NCBI GenBank assembly: GCA_049522055.1
Contig: JBEKOF010000002.1
Span: 1-44,551 of the forward strand
Length of the DNA stretch: 44,551 bases
DNA from: Verrucomicrobiota bacterium
Lineage (GTDB): Bacteria; Verrucomicrobiota; Verrucomicrobiia; Limisphaerales; Palsa-1400
Reading direction: 5' to 3'
Below the pieces are notes generated by a model, which had not been told where the DNA came from, made no database searches, and worked only from the letters and a program-made list of their open reading frames with translations. This document shows, one piece after another, positions 1-9,460 of the stretch; the stretch's first letter is position 1; the number at the start of each line of letters is the position of its first letter. The position numbers were made by a program, and so were the translations under genes.

Positions 1-23
1 CGCTTTACAGCCCAGAGAACCTC

Positions 24-123
24 CCAGTCAAAGCAAAAAACCAGGTTTGACCGCAAAGAAAGCGAATCCTAAGCAATCTGCTTATGATTGGAGAATTCAG
101 ACCAAATCACCCAGCCACCACCA
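24..123 (+). repeat. Dispersed ~100-bp non-coding repeat, copy A (inverted copy at 16702-16798)
   Basis: Manual alignment with the reverse complement of 16702-16798 gives about 88/100 identical positions (9 substitutions, 3 gap positions), with shared blocks CAGGTTTGACCGCAAA, TGCTTATGATTGGAG and ATTCAGACCAAATCACC. Confidence 0.9.
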
Positions 124-143
124 ACCGCGCCCCTTCTGCTTTC

Positions 144-226
144 GTCCTTTATCCTTTGTCCTTTAGCCTTATGGTCAATCGTGCCTTATCAAGCCTGATC
201 AAGCCTAATCAAGGCTAGTCGCGTTA
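144..226 (+). repeat. Short tandem repeats: 7-mer (RTCCTTT x3-4, 144-171) and 10-mer (NATCAAGCCT-like x4-5, 177-226)
   Basis: gtccttt atccttt gtccttt agcctta; aatcgtgcct tatcaagcct gatcaagcct aatcaaggct agtcgcgtta. Confidence 0.75.
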
Positions 227-325
227 TTTTCTTGTGCAAACCCTGCTTCTTGGCCCTCGCGCCACCCCGAATCCGCCCGCAAAATTACTGGACTCACTCG
301 GAACCGCTCCGTAATTTCCTCCCCC

Positions 326-2968
326 ATGAAGCTTCCTTTCCTGGCCCTCTTTCTTGGCTCGGCTCTCTCGCCCCCCGCTCTCGCCGCCACCCCCGTCACC
401 TTGCATTGGCTCGACGACACCCCGCCCGCCGCGCCGGACGGCGTCAACTGGGGAGTGCCGTGGCCCAAGGGCGCTGTCCAGCCAACAGACACCCTCGTCC
501 TCACCGCCGCCAACGGCGTCTCGGTGCACATGCAGTCCTGGGCCTTGGCCCGCTGGCCCGACGGTTCCGTCAAATGGAGCGGCCACGCCATCGCCGCGAC
601 TTCCGGCCTGGCCGGACCGTTCTCCCTCGCCCCCGGCGCGGCGTCCGCCCCCGCGGCCAAAATTACCTGCGCCGACACCGCCGCCGCGGTCACCGTTGAT
701 ACGGGCGCGGTGCGCGCGCGCATTCCCAAGTCAGGCTCCAATCTCATTGAGTCCCTTTTCGTCGGCGACCGCCCCGTTGCGCAAAACGGAAAACTCATCG
801 TCCAGCTCGAGGACCGCTCGCGCTTTGCCGGCGAACGCATCCTCCGCGAAGAAGACTTCGTCAGCCAGATCGAGAGTGTCGTCCTCGAACAATCCGGCCC
901 CGTCCGCGCCGCCGTCAAAATCACCGGACGCCACAAATCCGCCGTCGGCCAGCGGGCCTGTCTGCCCTTCTCTGTGCGTCTCTATTTCTATGCCGGCTCC
1001 GGCGCCATCCGCATCGTCCATTCCTTCATCTTCGATGGCGACGCCTCCAAGGATTTCATCAAGGGCCTGGGCCTCTCCTTCTCCGTGCCGTTCCAGGAGG
1101 AACTGCACAATCGCCACCTCCGCTTCGTCGGCGATGGCGACGGCGTGTGGGATCAGCCGGTGCGGATGCTCCCCGGTTACCGCAGCCAGACCGGGCAGGA
1201 AATCGCCCGCCTCTACCAGACCCAACTCAACGGCGGCCGCGTTCCCAACCTCGCCGTCCTCACCGCCCAGGCGCGCAGCGCCCTCATCACCGTGCCTGTT
1301 TGGGGCGATGCCAAACTCGCGCAGCTTGGGCCGAACAACTTCACCCTGGACAAGCGCACCACCGCCGACAGCTCCTGGCTCCACGTCACCGACGGCCGCC
1401 GCGCCCTGGGCCTCGCCCTCCTCGGCGACGTCTCCGGCGGCATCGCCGTGGGACTGAAACATTTTTGGCAGAAGTGCCCCGCCTCGATTGAAATCACCGG
1501 CGCCGCCGCCGACGCGGGCGAGATCAAAATCTGGTTCTGGTCGCCCGACGCGCCCGCGATGGACCTGCGCCGCTATGACAACCAGCCGCACGGACTGAGT
1601 GTCAATTACGAGGACTGGAAGCCCGGTTGGGGCGACCCCTATGGCACCGCCAACACCTCCGACCTCACTCTCTGGGCCTTCGCCGCCATCCCCTCCAACG
1701 AGCAGCTTCTGGCCATGGCGAAGGAAAACACCGATACCCCCATCCTCGTTTGCGCGCCCGAGTACTATCACTCCTTGCAGGTCTTTGGGCGCTGGAGCCT
1801 GCCCGACCGCTCCACCCCAACCCTCGACTGGGTCGAAGGCCAGGTCCAGGGCCTGGTGGATTTTTACCGCGGCCAGATTGACGAGCGCTCCTGGTACGGC
1901 TTCTGGGATTTTGGCGACATCATGCACAACTACGATTTCGGACGCCACCAATGGCGCTACGATGTCGGCGGCTGGGCCTGGGCCAACACCGAGTTGATGC
2001 CCGACATGCTCCTCTGGTTCTCCTTCCTCCGCACGGGCCGCCCAGACCTCTTCCGCATGGCCGAGGCCATGACCCGCCAGACCAGCGAGGTGGACGTCTA
2101 TCACATCGGCCCCTTTGCCCCGCTCGGCTCCCGCCACAATGTCAACCACTTCGGCGACGGCGCCAAGCAACCCCGCGCCAGCCACGACGGCATCAAGGAA
2201 TTTTACTACTTCCTGGCCGCCGACGACCGCATCGGCGACCTCATGCGCGAGCAGATAGACGCCGACCGGGCCTACGACGTCCTCAAGCGTTACAACGGTT
2301 CCCACTACGTTCCCGCCCCCAACGGCGGCTTCCAGGCCCCCGCCTCCCCCGCCCCGCTGCCGGCCGATTTTCCCCCGCGCTCCACCGCGCCCCGCGCCGT
2401 CACCTCCCAGCTCAACCTCGAATGGCTCTGTTACTCCATGAACTGGATGGTCGAGTGGGAGCGCACCGGCGACACCCAATGGCGCGACCTCGTCCTGGCC
2501 GACATGCGCGCCATGGCCGCCCGCAGCCAGGGCGGACGCCTGCCGGGCAACGGCTATTTTGACGTCATTTTTGGCGGGCCGGAAAACATGTGGGAAATGC
2601 AGCCCATGTTCGACGTCCCCGATTTCTGGCGCGCCTGGGCCGACACTTGCGAATTCATCGGCCGCAATGTCAACGGCAGCCAGATGACCGGCCCCCGCAT
2701 GCTCGCCTATGCGGCCTGGGTGAAAAACGACCCCCAGCTCGGCCGGCTTGCCTGGCAAAAGCTCATCGGCGACTCCCTCCCGCCGCCCTCCCGCCCCGCC
2801 ATTTTCAATGGGCCAAATGTCCTCAAGCCCGTCACCGACCCGGCTTTTCTTGGCGGCGCCGTTGGCTGGCAGTTGCACGGCGTCGCCAGCGTCCAATGGG
2901 CCCTCAACGCCATTGAGACCGCCGAATTGGCCAGGCAATGGCTGCCGCTCTGGGAAAATTCCCGCTGA
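326..2968 (+). CDS. Secreted exo-rhamnogalacturonan lyase-like protein (PL26, PcRGLX/YetA-like)
   Basis: 880 aa with Sec signal (..PPALA-A). Motifs GVNWGVPWPKG, WPDGSVKWSGHA, WYGFWDFGDIMH, RHQWRYDVGGWAWANTEL and LGSRHNV are typical of this family. Confidence 0.78.
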   Translation: MKLPFLALFLGSALSPPALAATPVTLHWLDDTPPAAPDGVNWGVPWPKGAVQPTDTLVLTAANGVSVHMQSWALARWPDGSVKWSGHAIAATSGLAGPFSLAPGAASAPAAKITCADTAAAVTVDTGAVRARIPKSGSNLIESLFVGDRPVAQNGKLIVQLEDRSRFAGERILREEDFVSQIESVVLEQSGPVRAAVKITGRHKSAVGQRACLPFSVRLYFYAGSGAIRIVHSFIFDGDASKDFIKGLGLSFSVPFQEELHNRHLRFVGDGDGVWDQPVRMLPGYRSQTGQEIARLYQTQLNGGRVPNLAVLTAQARSALITVPVWGDAKLAQLGPNNFTLDKRTTADSSWLHVTDGRRALGLALLGDVSGGIAVGLKHFWQKCPASIEITGAAADAGEIKIWFWSPDAPAMDLRRYDNQPHGLSVNYEDWKPGWGDPYGTANTSDLTLWAFAAIPSNEQLLAMAKENTDTPILVCAPEYYHSLQVFGRWSLPDRSTPTLDWVEGQVQGLVDFYRGQIDERSWYGFWDFGDIMHNYDFGRHQWRYDVGGWAWANTELMPDMLLWFSFLRTGRPDLFRMAEAMTRQTSEVDVYHIGPFAPLGSRHNVNHFGDGAKQPRASHDGIKEFYYFLAADDRIGDLMREQIDADRAYDVLKRYNGSHYVPAPNGGFQAPASPAPLPADFPPRSTAPRAVTSQLNLEWLCYSMNWMVEWERTGDTQWRDLVLADMRAMAARSQGGRLPGNGYFDVIFGGPENMWEMQPMFDVPDFWRAWADTCEFIGRNVNGSQMTGPRMLAYAAWVKNDPQLGRLAWQKLIGDSLPPPSRPAIFNGPNVLKPVTDPAFLGGAVGWQLHGVASVQWALNAIETAELARQWLPLWENSR

Positions 2969-3022
2969 CAATTCTCATGATTAACTTTGAAATCTGGCCT
3001 TTAAACCTTAAACTCCCTCACC

Positions 3023-3904
3023 ATGTTTACTGGAACTTTCACCGCCATTGTCACCCCGTTCCGCAAGGGCGAGATTGACGCCGACGCCCTGCGCCGGCTC
3101 GTCCGCGCCCAAATCCGCGCCGGCGTGGACGGCATTGTGCCGGTCGGAACCACCGGCGAATCGCCCACCCTGGATTACGAGGAGCATCTGGAAGTCATTG
3201 CCTATGCGGTGGAATTTGCCAAAGGCAAAATCCAAGTCATCGCCGGCACCGGCGGCAACTCCACCAGCGAAGCGGCCTTTCTGACCAAGGGCGCGCAAAC
3301 AGCCGGCGCCGACGCCTCCCTCCAGGTCGCCCCCTATTACAACAAGCCGACCCAGGAGGGGCTTTACCAGCATTTCCTCGAAATCAGCCGGGCCACCAAG
3401 CTCCCCATTATTCTTTACAGCATCCCCTCCCGTTGCGGCGTCGAAATCGCCGTGGACACCGTGCGCCGGCTGGCCGCCGCCACGCCCCGCATTGTCGGCA
3501 TCAAGGAGGCCGGTGGCAATCCCGACCGCGTCACCCAGTTGCGCGCCGCCTTGGGAACAAGATTCTCCATCCTCTCCGGCGATGACGCCTTGACGCTGCC
3601 CTTCATGGCCCTGGGCGCCCAGGGCGTCATCAGCGTCGCCTCCAATGTCATCCCCCGCCAAGTGGCCCAAATGGTCCGGGCCGCCGCCGCCGGGGATTTC
3701 TTCACCGCCCGCCGCTTGCACCAGCAATGGCATCCGCTTTTCCGCGATTTGTTCCTGGAGACAAACCCCGTTCCCGTCAAAGCCGCCCTGGCCATGATGG
3801 GTCAAATCGCCGAGGAATACCGCCTCCCCCTGGTGTCCATGAACCCCAAAAACCGCGAAACCTTGCGAGCCACCCTCCTCCGTTCCGGCCTCCTCTCCCC
3901 ATGA
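3023..3904 (+). CDS. dapA: 4-hydroxy-tetrahydrodipicolinate synthase
   Basis: GTTGESPTL, PYYNKPTQEGLYQHF, GIKEA (Schiff-base Lys), LSGDD, ETNPVPVKAAL. Confidence 0.97.
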   Translation: MFTGTFTAIVTPFRKGEIDADALRRLVRAQIRAGVDGIVPVGTTGESPTLDYEEHLEVIAYAVEFAKGKIQVIAGTGGNSTSEAAFLTKGAQTAGADASLQVAPYYNKPTQEGLYQHFLEISRATKLPIILYSIPSRCGVEIAVDTVRRLAAATPRIVGIKEAGGNPDRVTQLRAALGTRFSILSGDDALTLPFMALGAQGVISVASNVIPRQVAQMVRAAAAGDFFTARRLHQQWHPLFRDLFLETNPVPVKAALAMMGQIAEEYRLPLVSMNPKNRETLRATLLRSGLLSP

Positions 3905-4635
3905 CCAACATCATTATTGCCGGCGCCCAAGGCCGCATGGGGCAGACCCTCTTGCGCTGCGCCAAATCCATCCCCGACCTCACCGTCACCGGCCAGATAG
4001 ATTTGGGGCAGGACCTGCGCCAATGCGTCGCGGCGGGCGACGTGGTCGTGGATTTCACTTCTCACGAAAGCACCGTCCCGCTGGCCCAAATCTGCGCCCA
4101 ACACAAAAAGCCGATGGTCATCGGCACCACCGGCCATGACGACGCGGAACAAAAGGAGCTGGCGCGAATCTCCTCCCAAATCCCGCTGGTCTGGAGCTCC
4201 AATTTTTCCACGGGCGTCAACACCTTGTTTTGGCTCACACGCAAGGCCGCGGAGGTGCTGGGCCAGGATTTCGATGTCGAAATTGTGGAAATGCACCATC
4301 GTCTCAAGAAAGACGCTCCCAGCGGCACCGCCAAAACCCTGGCCCAACTCGTCGCCGAGGCGCGCCGCCGTTTCGCCCCCAGCGCCTTTCGCCACGGCCG
4401 CGTCGGATTGGTGGGCGAGCGCACCCGGGAGGAAATCGGCCTGCATTCCTTGCGCGGCGGCGACGTGGTGGGCGATCACACCGTCATTTTCGCCGCCAAC
4501 GGCGAACGGCTCGAACTCACCCACAAAGCCTCCACCCGCGAGACTTTTGCCAGCGGCGCCTTGCGCGCCGCCCAATGGGTCGTCGGAAAAAACCCCGGCA
4601 TTTACGACATGCAGGACGTTCTGGGCCTGCGCTAG
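3901..4635 (+). CDS. dapB: 4-hydroxy-tetrahydrodipicolinate reductase
   Basis: ATG 3901 overlaps the dapA stop (ATGA). GAQGRMG, VIGTTG, EMHHRLKKDAPSGTA, LRGGDVVGDH. Confidence 0.97.
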   Translation: MTNIIIAGAQGRMGQTLLRCAKSIPDLTVTGQIDLGQDLRQCVAAGDVVVDFTSHESTVPLAQICAQHKKPMVIGTTGHDDAEQKELARISSQIPLVWSSNFSTGVNTLFWLTRKAAEVLGQDFDVEIVEMHHRLKKDAPSGTAKTLAQLVAEARRRFAPSAFRHGRVGLVGERTREEIGLHSLRGGDVVGDHTVIFAANGERLELTHKASTRETFASGALRAAQWVVGKNPGIYDMQDVLGLR

Positions 4636-4774
4636 CAGCGTGTTGCAATAGCCATGTTTTGAAAAAATCTAGAAAGGCAGCCCATTGATAATCAATGACT
4701 TGCATAAGATATAGTTGACACGAAATGAGTTTTTCAACACCCTGCCGGGGCAGGGCTTCCATGAAACATTCCCG

Positions 4775-5299
4775 ATGACTCCTGCCGCGCAATCTGGCAT
4801 GGCCATTGTGGCTCTCGGCTCCAATTTGGGGGATGCCTGCCAAAACATCCTTCGCGCCCTCGCCCGCCTTCAATCCCTCTCCGATTCGCCCCTGCGCCGC
4901 TCCTCCCTCTGGGAAACCGCCCCGGTGGACTGCCCGCCCGGCTCGCCCATGTTCCTCAACGCGGTGGCGGTCCTGGCGGCCCGCCCTTCTGAAACCCCGC
5001 ACTCCCTCCTGGCCCAATTGCAATCATTGGAAAAGCAAATCGGACGCCAGCCTGCAACATCACGCAACCAACCCCGCGTCATTGACCTCGATTTGATCGC
5101 CTTTGGAGAAACCACCCTCAAGACGGCGGATTTGATTTTGCCCCATCCGCGCGCGCACATGCGGCGGTTTGTTTTGCGGCCCCTGGCCGAGATCGCGCCG
5201 GACTTCGTTTTCCCAGGCCAGCCCAAAACCGTCGCGGAGTTGTTGCAAGCCCTGCCTTCCACCGAGCCTCTCCGGCAGGTCGCCGCTCCATTGCCATGA
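4775..5299 (+). CDS. folK: 2-amino-4-hydroxy-6-hydroxymethyldihydropteridine diphosphokinase
   Basis: VALGSNLGD, FLNAV, PRVIDLDLI, LPHPRAHMRRFVLRPLAEIAP. Start is ATG 4775 or 4799 rather than TTG 4715. Confidence 0.95.
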   Translation: MTPAAQSGMAIVALGSNLGDACQNILRALARLQSLSDSPLRRSSLWETAPVDCPPGSPMFLNAVAVLAARPSETPHSLLAQLQSLEKQIGRQPATSRNQPRVIDLDLIAFGETTLKTADLILPHPRAHMRRFVLRPLAEIAPDFVFPGQPKTVAELLQALPSTEPLRQVAAPLP

Positions 5300-5370
5300 A
5301 GGCCACACTTCGACCCTGCGCTTTCGGGTCGCCAAATGGCGCGAGATCGGGTATGTTTTAGAGAGCCATT

Positions 5371-5607
5371 ATGCCACTTTACGAATATGAATTGTGCGAA
5401 GGGGATTGCGCCGTCTGTCAGGGGCGGTTTACCTTGCGGCGACCGCTGGGCGCCCCGGAGTTGAAAGTTTGTCCCTCCTGCCGGCGACCGGTGCGCAAGG
5501 TGATCTCGACTTTTAACTCGCCTAGGACGGTTTCCTTTTCCGACGCCAAGAAGGCGGGGTTTACCGTCCTCAAACGCATCAACAAGGGGGAATATGAAAG
5601 GCAGTGA
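5371..5607 (+). CDS. FmdB-family zinc-ribbon protein
   Basis: MPLYEYE N-terminus, CAVC and CPSC Cys pairs, RKVIS. Confidence 0.85.
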   Translation: MPLYEYELCEGDCAVCQGRFTLRRPLGAPELKVCPSCRRPVRKVISTFNSPRTVSFSDAKKAGFTVLKRINKGEYERQ

Positions 5608-5622
5608 ATCAAGCGCTCCCGC

Positions 5623-7906
5623 ATGAGCGAGGACTGCGCTTGCACTCCGGATCCCGGGCGGGATTGGTTTTCGCCGGGACGGTTTGCCGTGGTTCTGGCC
5701 GTGATGGTTTTCATCCCGTTTTGGGATGTCCTCACGGGGAGCCGATGCTTCGTGGTGCGGGATTTCGGGCTTTTCAGTTATCCGGTGGCCAGTTTTTTGC
5801 GGGAGAGCTTCTGGCGGGGAGAATGGGCGCTGTGGAATCCGCTCAGTTGTTGCGGCACCCCTTTTCTGGCCCAGTTGAACACTCTGGCGCTCTATCCGCC
5901 CTCGCTGATATATCTGCTGCTGCCGCTGAGCTGGGCGCTTCCTTTTTTTTGCCTGCTCCATCTTTTTCTCGGCGGCCTGGGCATGTATTTTCTGGCGGCG
6001 CGCTGGAGCGGTTCGCGGCTAGGCGGGGCGGTGGCTGGAACGATTTTCGCGTTCAACGGCCTTTCTTTTAATTTCATGATGTGGCCCAGCCACATCGCCA
6101 CTTATGCGATGATGCCGTGGGTGATCTGGCTGGCGCTGGCGGCCTGGGAAATGGGGGGGGCGACGCGTGATTGTCGCCGCGCTGGCGGCGGCGTTGCAAG
6201 TGCTGGCGGGCGGGCCTGAAACAATTTTGTTTACGTGGCTGATTCTGTTCGCGCTGATGGCCCGGCAATTGCAAAAGGGGCGCATCCGGTGGCCGGTGCT
6301 GGCGCGGCGGTTTTTGGCGGTGGGTGGCCTGGCGTTGTGCCTGGCCGCGGCGCAGTTGCTGCCCTTCCTTCAATTGAGCCTTAATTCAAATCGCGGCAAC
6401 GGCTACGGCAATGCGGCGTGGTCCATGCCGCCGTTTGGCTGGGCCAATTTCCTGGTGCCGCTTTTCCAGACTTCCCCGTGGCAGCAAATCGTGGTGCAAG
6501 AGAATCAATCCTGGACCTCGTCGTATTATGCGGGGATCGGGGCGGTGTTTCTGGCGGTCATGGCCTTGTGCCGGCGCCGGGCATGGCGGGTTTGGTTGCT
6601 GGGGGGCATATTGGTCTTGAGTCTGGTTCTGGCGCTGGGCGACCACGGGTATTTGCTGAGGTTGCTCCAACGGGTCCTGCCGTTTTTGGGGCTATTTCGT
6701 TATCCGGTGAAATTCGTGCTGGCCACGCTCTTTGCCCTGCCGCTGCTGGCCGCCGCGGCGATGGCTTATTATGAAAACTGGAACCCGTTGTCGCCGCGCT
6801 CCTGGCGGCCGGAATTGGCCTGCGAGGCAACGATCCTGGTTCTCATTGGCGTGATCCTCTGTTTTGCCCGACGGTACGCCGCGGACCATGTTCCGTGGGA
6901 GCAGATCGCGGCCAACGGATTGACAAGGGCTGTTTTCTCATTGCTGATAATCGTGACAATCTATTTTCTCGCGACCCGGCGGGCTTGGCGCGGTTGGGGC
7001 GGGTTGTGCCTCTTGGCCCTGTTGTGGCTGGATGTGCTCACACATGCGCCGTGGCAAAACCCGACGGCGGATCCTTGGGTGTTCCAGCCCGGTTCGGCGA
7101 TGATCAGGGCAAGATTCCAACCCCGGCCTGTCGTGGCGGGGGAATCCCGCATCATGATGTCGCCCTACTCCGCCCATCTGCTTTATTACCGGCCGAACAC
7201 CAATGTGACAACCGGTTTTTTGCTCGATCGCCTGGTGTTTCTTGGCAACTGCAATTTGCTGGACGAAGTGCCCAAAGTGGACGGTTTTTTCTCGCTGTAT
7301 TTGCGGCACATCGACAAAGTTCTCTCGCTCTTTGACACCAATGCCGAGGCGGCGCTGGCCCCGTTGGAGGATGTGATGGCTGTCTCGCAGACCATTGCGC
7401 CGGGCAAGGTGTTCGACTGGGTGGCGCGACCTTCGTACGTGCCGTGGTTTTCGGTCGGGCAGGCGCCGGATTTTGCGGGGGAGGAAGCAACCTTGCGCGC
7501 GCTCGCGGACCCCAGGAGCGACTTCCACAAAGTCGTCTTCCTGCCGCCGGAAGCGCAATCCAGCATCACGGCCCGGCGGGAGGAGGCAGCCCGGATTGTG
7601 CGGGAGCAGTTCGGGGCCGCCAAGATTGTATTGGATGTGGAGACTCCCGCCCCTGCCCTGGTTGCCATTTCGCAGGCCTGGTACCCGAATTGGAAGGCTT
7701 ATGTGGATGGGGAAAGAGTGCCATTATGGCGCGCCAATGAGGCGTTTGAAGCCGTCCAAGTTCCGGCGGGGCGGCATCAGCTCAGTCTGGATTATCAAGA
7801 TGCGGCATTCCGATGGGGCGGAGTGGTGTCAATCATGGCGTTGGTCGTTTGCATGGTGTGCTGGGTGCGGTTTGGAGCGGCGGGCATTAGGGCGGGAAGG
7901 GTGTAA
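5623..7906 (+). pseudogene. YfhO-like polytopic membrane glycosyltransferase (GT-C type), split by a +1 frameshift in a G8 tract (ORFs 5623-6219 and 6167-7906)
   Basis: N part has LWNPLSCCGTPFLA..LYPP..LLHLFLGGLGMYFLA; C part ends with AWYPNWKAYVDG..RANEAFEAVQVPAGRH. Removing one G from 6153-6160 fuses them as ..EMGGRRVIVAALA.. Confidence 0.82.
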
Positions 7907-7944
7907 AAAGGGGGGTATAAAGGAACATTAGTTTAGTTGTTGCT

Positions 7945-7961
7945 TGGGAACGAAAGGTGCT
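7945..7961 (+). promoter_or_regulatory. Putative sigma54 (-24/-12) promoter of the pilin gene
   Basis: TGGGAACGAAAGGTGCT has GG(7947-48)-N10-GC(7959-60) spacing and resembles TGGCACG-N4-TTGCW. Pilin genes are often RpoN-driven. Confidence 0.55.
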
Positions 7962-8000
7962 ATAGACTGGGTGCGCCCTTAAAAAGCGCGTATTCGCGGC

Positions 8001-8063
8001 TTGCAGAAGGCAATTGGTGAACACTAGCGTCCTAATAATATACAGGCCTTCTGCAACGTTCAC
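8001..8063 (+). promoter_or_regulatory. Structured 5' leader of the pilin gene (hairpin with potential H-type pseudoknot)
   Basis: Perfect 11-bp stem TTGCAGAAGGC (8001-8011)/GCCTTCTGCAA (8046-8056). Loop GTGAAC (8017-8022) is complementary to GTTCAC (8058-8063). Confidence 0.55.
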
Positions 8064-8088
8064 AGCAGCGAAAGAAAAGCAGTGAAGT

Positions 8089-8463
8089 ATGCAGACCATT
8101 AAAAGTGGTCGGCGTGGATTCACCCTGGTGGAGATCATGATAGTCGTCGCCATAATCGGGTTGCTGGCGGCCGTCGCGATTCCCAACTTCGTGCGTGCGC
8201 GGACGACCTCACAACAGAACCTGTGCATTGACAATCTCAGGTCGATTGACGCGGCCAAACAGCAATGGGCGTTGGAACACGGGGCGGTGGGAACGAGCAC
8301 TCCCGCCGGCTCGGACATCCAACCTTATCTGGGACGCGGGGGAGGGGAGCTTCCCTGGTGCCCGACCGATCCGAGCGCGACATTCGCAACAAGCTACGCC
8401 ATCAACAACTGTCAATCATCGCCGACGTGCAATATCAACCCAACCACCCACGTCCTGCCGTAA
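8089..8463 (+). CDS. Type IV pilin-like protein (prepilin N-terminal methylation motif)
   Basis: KSGRRG/FTLVEIMIVVAIIGLLAAVAIPNFVRAR class III signal with E5. 124 aa, 4 Cys. Confidence 0.9.
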   Translation: MQTIKSGRRGFTLVEIMIVVAIIGLLAAVAIPNFVRARTTSQQNLCIDNLRSIDAAKQQWALEHGAVGTSTPAGSDIQPYLGRGGGELPWCPTDPSATFATSYAINNCQSSPTCNINPTTHVLP

Positions 8464-8502
8464 GGGCGGGCGGGGGTTGGGAAGCACTTTGGTTGACGGA
8501 GT

Positions 8503-9375
8503 TCATGGGGAGCCTGTCAATGCCTGACGCCATGCGGCGGTGACCAGCACCGCCAGCGCCAGACCGCTGATGACATTGACCGTGCCGCTTTGCAAAAGAG
8601 CGGGAGGGACGGTGTTCAATGCCAGGCCAAGGATGGCCCCCGCGAGGAAGCCTCCGACGTGCGCCACCATGTCCGTGCCCGGAGCGAAACCCAGCAGCAC
8701 GAGGATCAGAAAACCCGCCGCTGCGCCGCGCCTGAGCAGACGGCGGGAGGGGGGATACTTCCTCCAAAGTGAGAAAGAATGGACCGAGAGCAATCCCAAG
8801 GCCCCCATGACCATTCCCGATGCTCCCAGACTGCTGTCCCCGGAATAGAAGAGGAGATCTGCGCAGTTTCCAGCGGCCCCGGCAAGGAAAGCGGCGAGCA
8901 TGGCCACCGCGGGTCCGTAACGGGCCATGGCCAGGCCGATGAGCAGGCCGCCGGTCACCAGATTGGCGGTCAGATGCTCCAGGTTGGCGTGGAGTGTGAT
9001 GGCGGTAAACAGACGCCACCATTGGCCGGCCGCCACGCGCGCAGGCTCCATCTGGCCAAGGTTCTGCAACTGGGGAAAGGCCGCCATGGTCCAATAATAA
9101 AACGCGCCCATCGCCGCCACCCAAAGCAGCGCGCCCCAGTGGAAGAGGAGGCCTGATCCGGGAAGATGCTGTTTCCACCGCCAGCCGCGATTTTCCAGTT
9201 CGTATTGATGGAGCACGGCCAGCGCCCGTGGATAATCGGCCTCCGCCACGAGCAAGGCCCAGCCCTGTTCAGATTTGTCCACGATGGCTTCAATTTCCTG
9301 GCTGGCCATGACCAGGCCCCACTCCATGACTTCGCGGCGGGAGCGGGCCGGGATAATGCGATTGGGTGCATCCAC
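8503..9375 (-). CDS. Rhomboid-family intramembrane serine protease
   Basis: GQWWRLFTAITLHANLEHL..N, GASG (catalytic Ser), AHVGGFLAG (His). Likely GTG start at 9375; ORF is open to 9462. Confidence 0.9.
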   Translation of the reverse strand: MDAPNRIIPARSRREVMEWGLVMASQEIEAIVDKSEQGWALLVAEADYPRALAVLHQYELENRGWRWKQHLPGSGLLFHWGALLWVAAMGAFYYWTMAAFPQLQNLGQMEPARVAAGQWWRLFTAITLHANLEHLTANLVTGGLLIGLAMARYGPAVAMLAAFLAGAAGNCADLLFYSGDSSLGASGMVMGALGLLSVHSFSLWRKYPPSRRLLRRGAAAGFLILVLLGFAPGTDMVAHVGGFLAGAILGLALNTVPPALLQSGTVNVISGLALAVLVTAAWRQALTGSP

Positions 9376-9460
9376 GGGGTGGACATTAGCCGCCGCCGGA
9401 TTATCTTGAAACTGCAAAGTCGCAAGGCAAGGTGGAATCAAATATGCTCCGATAACGCGC

